A stretch of DNA of 64,000 nt from Camelus dromedarius. Taxonomy: Eukaryota. This document shows, piece after piece, positions 54,328 to 64,000 of this stretch. The stretch's first letter is position 1. Each line of letters starts with the position of its first letter. The translations under genes were made by a program, and so were the position numbers. The notes beneath the pieces are model-generated. The model did no database searches. It had not been told where the DNA came from and saw only the letters and a list, made by a program, of their open reading frames with translations. The stretch is from NCBI RefSeq assembly GCF_036321535.1, contig NC_087436.1:67892001-67956000 (forward strand). The letters are read 5' to 3'.

Positions 54328-57300
54328 ACACTTCACAAGCGTTTCCGTCCCTCATCCAGGAGTGTATATCTATTTTTTCCTTTCTAATTATTTACTCCCT
54401 TCCCTGGATAGTGGTCCCAGTCTATGACATTGAATCCCTGCCTCCTGGCAACTAGGTTTTTGTCCCCCCACCCCTCCCCATCCCTTAGGTATGACAAGAA
54501 GACTGGAGGAGCCCAGAGAGGAAAATGTTCCAACATTGCCAGTGGGAAGCCTTTCTCTCTGGAGAGTACGTCTTTGTTGTGGAGAAAAATCTGGGAGAAT
54601 CTTGGCTACTCTTCCTCCCGCCTCACTCCACCCTCTGCCAAGTCTTTGAGGGCATTTTTCTTGGATCTTCATTCTGAGAACCTCATGGAGTTCCCAAAGA
54701 GAAAGTCCATGAAAACATGGAGACCCTTGTGATTTCAACCCCCAGGAGTTTCTCACTCTTACTGGTTCCTGCTCAGCCTCCAGCAGCAATCCATTCAAAT
54801 TACTAGTGAAGTAGTCCTACTATGGCTTCCAGTGGCTTCTGCTCCATCTAAGCAGATCTCAGGTACTGTATTTCTCTGGACATGCCCACCTCTTTAGATT
54901 TTTGTTGTTGCAGTTTTCCTTGTGAACTGAATACTTTAAAAGCACACCTCTCCAAAAAATAATAGATTTTCATTGCGCCTAGTTTTTATTTGTTGCAACC
55001 CTATTCTGTTCACAGTACCTAATTCCCCATGTTATAAGATTTCACATGTAAAGATAGTACGAAGTAAATTGCCTTTAATGACAGAATTGTCACCTGTAAT
55101 TCAATTATTTAAGTGACTCTAAAGCTTTACTTTTGGAATATACAAACCACTAACAGATCACTGAACAATGAGCAACTCTTGATTTGTTTTCTTTTTCTGT
55201 ACTAACTTACCTTATTCACATCATTCAATATTAAAAGAAAAAAAAAGATGCCAACCAATTCCTGTTACTTCTGTATCTTTCAGTTACTAAAACTGAAGTG
55301 ATGTATTCTATTGTTTCCTATTGAGATGAGTGATGAATACAAAATTGGTTTTGAAACTGATGTCTGGCCAACACAATCATTGGAAATGCAAAGGCATTAA
55401 TATGATACATGGCAGTGCTGCAAGCTCATCTAAAATAGCATATTCCAGAAGACAAGGGTTAAAGAAGAAGAAGAACCATTCTATGTGGACTCTGTCATCA
55501 TAATTCATCATGTTGTCCTGGACAATTAAAGGACATTTCTGTTATCCTTTGCTTCTTGCATTAAGATCCCAGTCAACTAGTCTTTTTCCCTGTAGCACTT
55601 TCTGATAAATATTCCCCAACAGTTTCAATTTACTTCTCTCCACTAAGCCAGGCAAGTATATCCAATCCAGAAAACTTGAGAAGTTGAAAAGATGGCAAAT
55701 GAAACAGTCCTTGGGTGATACTTCTATGTGCAGAACGATTAGGAATTAATTCTACTTTCTGTGTTTTAGTAATGATTGGAGTTGAGGGATGGAGTGAATT
55801 AAGAATAATTAGCAGAGAAGTAAATTGGTGATTCACATCATCTCCACCTGAGCAAGAGATTTAAGTTGACTAAAAATACTTAGTGATTCCTGAGTGCCTC
55901 TTAGAAATAGTCCCACTATACCACTAAAAAACTTTCAGAATGTCTCTAGCTTTCCAGTTTGATAATTGCCAATCATATCTTCCTTTTGCTTTTTTTTGTT
56001 GGGTAAATAGAGCATGTTCATTATGTTTGTATTGCTTTCTGGCTTTTAGTGGTCTTCCCATTTGAGCCAAGGAATTATCTTTTTAGAAAACCAAGAGATA
56101 ACAGAAACATATCATTTCAGATATACATAAAAATTGTAAAGTAATTGTATATGTGAAGAAAATATTCTTGATTTTGACTCATCCAGTTTGTCCATGAGTA
56201 TTCGCAGAAAGCCCCCATCTGATAAACCCACCAATATTAAAAGATATGTAGTATCACACTAAGGAAAGTCTAACAATTATCTATGAACTTAAGTTAGGGA
56301 AACAGAACATTTAGATAATTCTGATGTTAAATATGGCCATTTTTTAGATTACAAATTAAGGTGCAAGCTTACATATTAGACTTCAATATTAAGATTCTTA
56401 CATAAAATAAATACTTAGATCAAATTTTACTTTAGGGAACTACACCCTTCATGTCTATTAACCATCTGTAATAATTTCCTCTTAAAATAACTGCCTTCTC
56501 TCTGAAACCCAAAAGCACTCCAAACTTTTTCCTTTATAATGATGTCCACAGACTAAGTTTGTGAAAATAAATTTCATTAGTTAATTAGCCTACTATATGC
56601 AAGGTGGTTAACATACTTTAGTTCATTTAAGCTTCAGCATCCATTAGCTTACTGATGAAGAAAGTGAGAAACAGAAATATTTCATAGCTTGAAACAGGCC
56701 CACATCTAGTGAGCAGCTTATCTGAGATTGGAAATTGAGTTATTAAGCCACATCATGATACCCTTATGCAACCTGCCTCAGCTATTCTGTTTCACGGATG
56801 GATACTCAGGATATGGAAAGTCATAAACCAAGAAGGAAATAGATAGATTTTTAATATACAGTTTCTATGTAGTTTCTTACTCCATATAAAGAGTTATAAG
56901 AAATTCAGTTTGGAAGTACCACTGGATTTCTTGTGTGGTGAAAGTAGTAAGTTTTGTGTTGGTAGGAAGTTGTGTGTTCATTTCAAAATATACAAACAAA
57001 CCAAAAGTGTGTTTGGTCTTAATTGAGTGGTGCTGCCATTGAGAAACCCATAATCCTGGCAAAATTTTTCTAGAAGCCTCATGGTAGAAATGACCAAAGC
57101 AAATGAATTATTTCTTTCGTTACAGGAATGTACGGTATCAAGGATCCACTTTCACCCTGAGATTTTAAAGTAAGCATATAGATAGCATTAAGATATGAAT
57201 AAACATGAGTGATAGATTGAGTTGTCTACCAGCCAGCCTCAAGCAGAAAAACCAACTGACTTGAACAAAGGATCTCAGCAGAGGGAGATTTATGTTATTC

Positions 57301-60300
57301 AGTCGAATTACATTCCTTTATACACTTCTGCAGATGGGTTTCAGGAAAAGGAGTCATCTATCCGATTTAAATAGACTGCGTGCTAGTACTATAGATATAC
57401 CATTAATTCATTGTCGGGAGTTGCTGTAGGCACAGAACTGGCTTTGTTCTCTGACAAGTCTCCCCCAGTTTAAATAGGACTGCCATTTACCAGAGTGTCA
57501 AAATAAGTAAGGCCCATATAACACTATAATCAAATTGCAGTGGCATTACGTATTTTAGCCTCAGTGTTGAAAATGGTCAAGTCAGCGGAGACTTAACAAT
57601 CTGCAGAACTCCGCTGACCCCTGGGAGCCACATGTAATTTATCAGGTAGTTACTGTCCTCTTTGTGTCAGTAATAATGCCGGTATCTTTAATTTGTGCTG
57701 CATATTGTAGTTATGATGCTGATACTCTTCTATAAACTCTCTTCTTTAATTTTTTATAAGTGTGTGGAACTTCAATTTAGGGATAATAAAATTGCACTGG
57801 AGAGGTTGAATGGGTCTCTCAAGTTTATACAACCAGAAAGTGATAAACCTAGAATTCAAATACAGACATCCTGATTCCCATGTCAATATTCTTTCTGTGG
57901 CACTGTGTCAGGTATTCCGGAATGGAGTTAGGATAAATGAAGTATATTATGGAGTACGGAGTATATTAAAACCTAAGTAGGAGTAAGGTGTGCATATAAA
58001 CAACTGTAATAGGAAAAATGACTGTAGGCATTGAGTATTGCTACTTTCTTGAAGCATATCTAGTGTCTCTGTTATTCATCAAATCGTGGAAGACAGGGAT
58101 AGAGCTGCTTTAAAATAACCCATGGGCAAACTTCCCTCGATAGCTTGGAATAATTAGAAACCAGGCCTTAATTCTGAATACAAATAGAGATGTTGTTTTC
58201 AAGCCCATGTTACTAAATATATACTAAGTTGCATACAGTTAGGCCACACAATCTATGTGAAAGCATTCTAGATCTCTTTCACACATACAGGGTCTGAGAG
58301 GAGTTGGAACATATTTAGCTAACGTGCTCAGGCATTTATGCTACTAATTTGCAATGCTTCTAATGTTACGACCAAAAACAAACAAATAAAAAATTTAAAA
58401 ACCTTAAACAGTTCTGTGTTAGACAAGATCCAGAGTTTACGTGAAATGTTTTCAAAGAGTATGAGATTCTGATGTCCATAAAGTGCACATTTCCTAAAAT
58501 TAGATGAATCAGACGCTTTATTTTTTAAACCATTAATGATTCAATATCTGCATTTCCAATTCACTTGGCAGCACACAGTCTTCACTCCACTTTCCCATTA
58601 CAGGGAAACTATCTGTCAACATTTAATGCCACACAGACACCTCTCCACCTGCAATTTCAGTCTCAAATGACTCCACACTAATGAGGAAGTATCACCATTT
58701 GAATGCAAAACCACTCGTAGGATGCACGGTGACCAGAATGATGAAACAATTCTTTTGTAGATAATCAGTAGATTGGATAGAAGAAAATACTTGTTCTGCC
58801 CAGTTAAGCCATAATCTCAAAAGTAACCAGACGCTTAACAGTGTATTCCAGTACCTAATAAAAACATATAGCCTGGTTAGAATTTCATGGGAATGACTTC
58901 ATTTCAAAACGAAGCAACTGGAACAAGTTGTAAAATAGGTTCATCAGAGGGCAGACACAATTCAGTTTTTTTTTTTCCCCACAGCATACTTCTATGTAGG
59001 TCATTGCATAACATCATAAACAACTTAGATATTCTTTTTGGATCAACAAAACATAATTAAGTAAAGTATATTAAATAAAACATTAACATTATTTCAAATA
59101 AGTATATCTCTCAAAGAACTGAAAGAGAATTGTAGAATTTTGATTATTAGGAAGAAGCTGGATATGCACACCCCATTCTTTTTTATTTTAACTGACCTCT
59201 ATCATCCCTTTAATTCTTCTGCTTATGCCTAAAGTCAGATCCAAACAATGTGCCTAGATGTTATATAATTTTGACTTTGACAAGTATGTATCAAACATTT
59301 TTATATGTCTAAAACTGTGCCGGGTACTTGAGAAATTTTTTAAATGTAGAATTTTTTCTAGGCCCTCGGATGCTCAAAATATTACTATAGGAAGACATAT
59401 GCCCATATCACATAATACAAGGCAAAAATGTGGTCACATTTCAAATTTGTGAGAGAAAGAGAAAGTGCAATGAAAATTACTCAGGAGGATGATGAGATGG
59501 CGAACACTGAAATTCAGTTTTATTCCTAAATTGACTTCTCCTTACGATTTTCCTATTTCTTATGCAAACTCTCTTTGCTTTGCTACCCATATTATGCATG
59601 TATTCAAGGAAAGGAAATGATTTCAAGTCTTTCTCTAAGGTATAAAAATATAACAGATTGGCTTGTGTACACACCACACACACACACACATCATCCTACT
59701 ATCATATGTATGACTGGGTGATCATTTCTATAGCATATTAAATCTAGAAAAATCAATGCCTCTGTTTACCAAAAGTAATCACAAGTTTATTTAGAATTGT
59801 GTGTGTGAGAGAGATTATTTTTAATTATAATGAAATATAGACTGAAAATTACTTTATTTCATGGTATCTCTGAATACACACACAAATATACCATTGTGTA
59901 TATATATATAAGTCTAATTTATATGTAGACATATATATCCACATATATCCATATCCTATATTTCTATGTATATGTGTGGGTATATCACTTTATGCTGAGA
60001 GACTAGTTCTTCACTTAACCTGAGAGACCAAAACATTATCTATAAGCCTCAATAAACTTAAACCAAAAAGCATAAAACTAGTAGTAAATTAATGATGGGC
60101 AAAAATCATGGGTAATCTTTTATAAATACTAGTTTTTCAATTAACACAACAACTGAAAACTATCCATACCATCCTCCATAACATCTTCACTGAAAAGAAC
60201 CTCTGAAATAAAAAGAAATCTCTCTTTTTGTTCTCTGGTGTAAGCCACCCTTTGGAAGCGAATTAAGTAAACATGAGCCTTGTGCATTTGATAAATATGT

Positions 60301-61224
60301 ATGTCTTACTTCTCCTTTTCCACTGCTTTTCATCCAGCTGCAGCTGGGAACCAAGCAATAAATACTATTTATTTATTTTAATAGTATGCTTAGTGGAAGT
60401 ATTACCAATATTTCCTAAGCTTAAAAACATCCCAAATGCATTTTACTGTTAGGCTCAGCATTTTCATAGTAATTTACAACTTAAAAAAGGGTAAGCTCTA
60501 TTACTCTATGTCAAACCAACAACTGGGTAAGTGCAGAATGTTACCCTATGAAGTATGACCAAATTTATTGCTGTAGTCATTAGTACATATTGATTCTGTT
60601 TATAACAACCCAAAGGGAATAGTAAACCTATTATGCTGGTGCTCGGTCTCTTTTTCTGAGGAGCTAGGCTTGGCACTGCCAAGTTTCAAGTAATGTCCAA
60701 TTAGAGCAATCAATGCAGCTCCTTTTCCTTGGGTTATTTTTAATACGACTAGTCAGTGACATGAACTTCAAGATGGTGTATCTCACAATCAAATCTGAGC
60801 AAAGTTACTGCTCTTGTGCAAAGGTAACTTCATTCAATTGCCTTTCGAAGTCAGACTTTCTCTATGTGAAAACATTTGTTTATTTCTTTTGTCTTTGGTA
60901 AGAAATGGCATTCAAATTTACTGAACTGCCATGCACTAGGTAGTTTCTTGGAGGCTCTTTTATTTCTACATCCTAGGTTTCAACATTTTACATTCATGTT
61001 AATTGGGATGGGTTCCCATTAAACCCTGATAAACATATTTGGTAGTCAATATTCAGAATTCAGGTTTTCTCTTTATAGTAGGAAATCATTGTACACCTGA
61101 AATGTATATAATTTTTTTCATTAGTTATACCTTAACAATACCTTAAAAAATCCAAAACAAACAGAAAAGAGAACAAACGGCTGTGATCTCTGCTGTGAGA
61201 AAGCAGTTTTCCCCTAATTCAAGG

Positions 61225-61563
61225 TGTTAGGGGCTGAACTGTATCCTCTCAAAATTCATATGTTGAAGTCACAACTTCTAGTAATTCCTAATGTAGCTGT
61301 ATTTGGAGATGTGGTCTTTAAAGCAGTAATCAGGTTGAAATGAAGACTTTGGGGTGGGACCATATCCCAATATATCTGGGTTGACAACAGGGGCACTGTG
61401 TGTGCACATAGGGATGACCATGTTAAGAGGCAGAAAGAGGTCAGTCACCTGGAAGTCAAGGACAGAGGCTTCAGAGGAAACCAAGCTTGTTGGCACTTTC
61501 ATCTATCTTGGACTTCAACCTCCAGAACTGTGAGAAAATAGATTTCTGTAGATTAAGCCCCCA
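61225..61563 (+). mobile_element. MaLR LTR (MLT1A-like)
   Basis: 'tgttaggggctgaactgtatcctctcaaaattcatatgttgaagtc...gtatttggagat..ggtctttaaag...cttggacttcaacctccagaactgtgagaaaata'. Confidence 0.85.
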
Positions 61564-62207
61564 TAAAAAGAAATCAAATTGTAGGCCTTTGAAGAAAGGA
61601 CAGCTATTGCTACCACTTCCATAGCAAGAAAGCCTTTTTCCTACCCATCTTGTTTGTTCTTCCCTAAAGGAGAATAATTTTCTGATTGGTAAGATTAAAG
61701 AACACTGATCCACCTTTACGAGTGGGCAAGTTCACAGAGCTAGATTTGCTTGATTGCACCGAAATATGAACTTTACTCTTTGACTTTGATTTATCATGTG
61801 GCCAGTGAGAAGATAAAGGATCTTAACATTTGGATTTGAGCTTAAGGGGATGCACAGTCTCTCATTTTTCCTTTGGGCTGTAGCATGTGCATCAAATCCA
61901 GCTTCACAGAGCTCTGCTCTGAAGTAATTAAGCACACTCCTGCCTTCTAACTAGTATCATTTCTTGTGTATAATGAGCCAACGAGTCACTTGACACATGA
62001 GTGACTAGACCAAGTCAGAATGTCATCATTTTGGAGTCCCTCATCATAAAATTCATTATACATCATATAATTAAAATCTAACCTATACTCCCCAAAATGA
62101 AACAAAACCCAAAATCCCCAATTGAGATAACAATTTGAAAGTAAGTAATGTTTTATCTTTAATGCAGAGGCATGACAATGTTTTGAATCACTATCAATTA
62201 GGATAAC

Positions 62208-62418
62208 CAGGGCCAGGCAAACTACATCCTGCAGGACAAATCCTGCCGTGTTTTGTAAATAAAGTTTTCTTTGAACACATACATGCTCACCATTTTCTAC
62301 AATGTATGGCTGCTTTGCATTACAAAGGTGCAGTTGAGCAGTTAAGACAGAGATCATGTATTCTACAAAGCCGAAAAATTTACCATCTGGCCCTGATCAG
62401 TAAGTTTACTGACCCCTG
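62208..62418. mobile_element. MER58A hAT-Charlie MITE
   Basis: 'cagggccaggcaaacta...ttttgtaaataaagtttt..tgaacaca...aaagccgaaaaatttaccatctggccc...tgacccctg'. Confidence 0.85.
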
Positions 62419-63367
62419 ACTCTGTCAGACTTTATATAATGATACATATCAAATTCCTAGGACAGTCCATAATATACAGTAGGTCACTACACATAGGAGC
62501 CACTAAAGTTTAGTGGACTAAATTATGAATCTAATATAAATATTTCATGTAAATTTTATAGATGGGAAGAACTCTGCCTTAGAGATGGAGACCTAAATCA
62601 ATCTTCTCTCTTTCCTCCCTCTCTTCCTTCCTTCTTTTCTTTTTGCTCTTCTCCTAGGTATAAAGGGAGAAAATATACTAGCAGTGACTACCCTCCTTGA
62701 GACTTGGAGAAATGACCACCACCAAAGGCAGAGACTACCCCCTCAGGCATATCAGAACACAGATCTTACTAGGTACACCTCCGGGAGCTGGTCTAGGCTG
62801 AGTCCCCACACATTGTTATGTAATACTGAGTACCTGTTTGTTCTTACAGGTTCTAGGTTTTTGCTATGAGCTTTTTCTTTGTTGTAAACATCTTTGCCCT
62901 ACGCATTTTTGCCACAGAACTAACTGGCCTTAAAGCAATTTTTCTGTGGAAGATAAAATAACTGGTTGACAATTTTTGGTTTGATAGTTTGCTTGCAATG
63001 AGTTTAGCATTTTTTCCAGTTAGAAATTATAAATGGCTTTACTGAGCTGACAGATGACGATGAATTGCCTCAAGAGTTGGTTTCTTATTTTGAAACATAC
63101 TACATTGGAGGTTAAATAGGCTGAAGGCCTGAAAGGCACAGAGTTGAACCCATATCTCCCATAGAACTTTGGAACATCTATCAATGAACATGTGACCCTG
63201 TGCCAAAAACAAACAACAGTGTAGAGGGTTTCACAACACAATACAAAGCTCAGTTACAGATATGCATCCAAATGTTTGGAAAAATGATACCTCTATTAAT
63301 GATGAAAGAAATTTTAGTGAAACAGAAAAAAGTGTGATGCCAAATGATGAGAGAAACAAATAAACTG

Positions 63368-63391
63368 TATATATATATAAATATATATGTA

Positions 63392-63433
<42 letters not shown>
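63368..63433. repeat. Compound (TA)n-(TG)n-(TA)n microsatellite
   Basis: Seen directly. Confidence 0.95.
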
Positions 63434-63434
<1 letters not shown>

Positions 63435-63443
63435 ATAAAATAC

Positions 63444-63927
63444 TGTTGCCAGTGAATAGGTTCTTGTCTCCGGCAGGAAAGAATTCAAGAGAGAGGCACA
63501 GTAAAGTGAAAGTAAGTTTACTTAGGGAGATACACACTCCATAGACAGAGTGTGGGCCATCTCAGAAGGCAAGAGAGGTGGCCCCAAAGTGCAGGGTTGT
63601 TGGTTTTTATGGGTTGGGTAATTTCATATGCTAATAAGTGGGAGGATTATTCCAACTGTTTTGGGGAAGGAGCAAGGATTTCCAGAAACTGGGCCACAGT
63701 CCAATTTTTGGCTTTTTATGGTCATCCTGAGAACTGTCATGGCACCTGTGGTGGGTCATTTAGCATGCTAATGTATTACAACAAGCCTATAATAAGGCTC
63801 AAGGTCTATTGGAAGTTGACTTTTCTGCCATCTTGGGCCAAGTTGGCTCTAACCAGTTTATGTCCAGTCCTCAATTGCTTTGTCATTCTTTTAATGGTTG
63901 TGCCCTGCTCCCTTCCCTCCTGTCTCA
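63444..63927 (-). mobile_element. ERV1 solo LTR (MER41-like), same family as 17909-18348
   Basis: Reverse complement begins TGAGACAGGAGGGAA, like the 17909 copy; TSD ATAC/ATAT (3 of 4 match). Confidence 0.9.
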
Positions 63928-64000
63928 ATATTATGAAGGAAATACTTGGAAGACAAATGCTTAGGTATGACCCACAAAATAAAATCAGCTGTTTGTGCAG

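Larger units (their letters stand above)
51620..54990 (-). mobile_element. Old L1M ORF1/5' region, split by two LTRs
   Basis: 'tttcttcaaatatttcttttgtccccttctctct', 'tttcaagttcactgattctttc', 'catacctgagtcgggttcttatgc', 'cttggatcttcattctgagaacct'; collinear across both LTRs. Confidence 0.75.
62990..64000 (+). mobile_element. MULE/MuDR transposase fossil (Ricksha-like), interrupted by a microsatellite and an LTR
   Basis: From 63023: EIINGFTELTDDDELPQELVSYFETYYIGG*IG*RPERHRVEPISPIELWNIYQ*TCDPVPKTNNSVEGF, then after frameshifts NTIQSSVTDMHPNVWK..IPLLMMKEIL; resumes after the LTR as IMKEILGRQMLRYDPQNKISCLC. Confidence 0.8.

Noticed and set aside
53352..54798. Cluster of 100-136 aa overlapping ORFs on both strands
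   Set aside because: All lie in LTR or L1 5' sequence; the internal peptide repeat is just the 168-bp DNA duplication
63231..63544. ORFs with THTH/CVCV repeats
   Set aside because: Translations of the (TG)/(TA) microsatellite

Overview
AT-rich eutherian (placental mammal) genomic DNA with no protein-coding gene, tRNA/rRNA or CRISPR array that I can recognise. Almost all ORFs in the track are chance frames or pieces of transposable elements. The repeat content is old pan-eutherian elements (MIR, L2, L1M, MLT1/MLT2, LTR16, MER21, MER5/45/47/53/58, Charlie1, ERVL internal), cetartiodactyl-type L1 3' ends, and six ERV1-type solo LTRs with 4-bp target-site duplications (TSDs). I saw no Alu, B1/B2, Bov-tA/BovB, PRE1, CHR-2 or SINEC copies, which suggests a camelid genome (inference). 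Repeat family names come from recalled consensus sequences, not from a search, and many boundaries are approximate. Most notable: (i) a frameshifted MULE/MuDR (Ricksha-like) transposase fossil at about 63.0-64.0 kb, absent from the ORF track and split by a microsatellite and an LTR; (ii) two MER41-like LTR copies that differ in an intact versus degenerate GAS/STAT site; (iii) a mosaic LTR with a 168-bp tandem duplication that doubles an 18-bp palindrome; (iv) a deeply nested TE stack at 36.9-45.8 kb; (v) several TE-free, CpG-retaining islands (candidate conserved non-coding elements), one with a perfect 10-bp hairpin, plus some exon-like segments. I found no convincing new multi-gene system.
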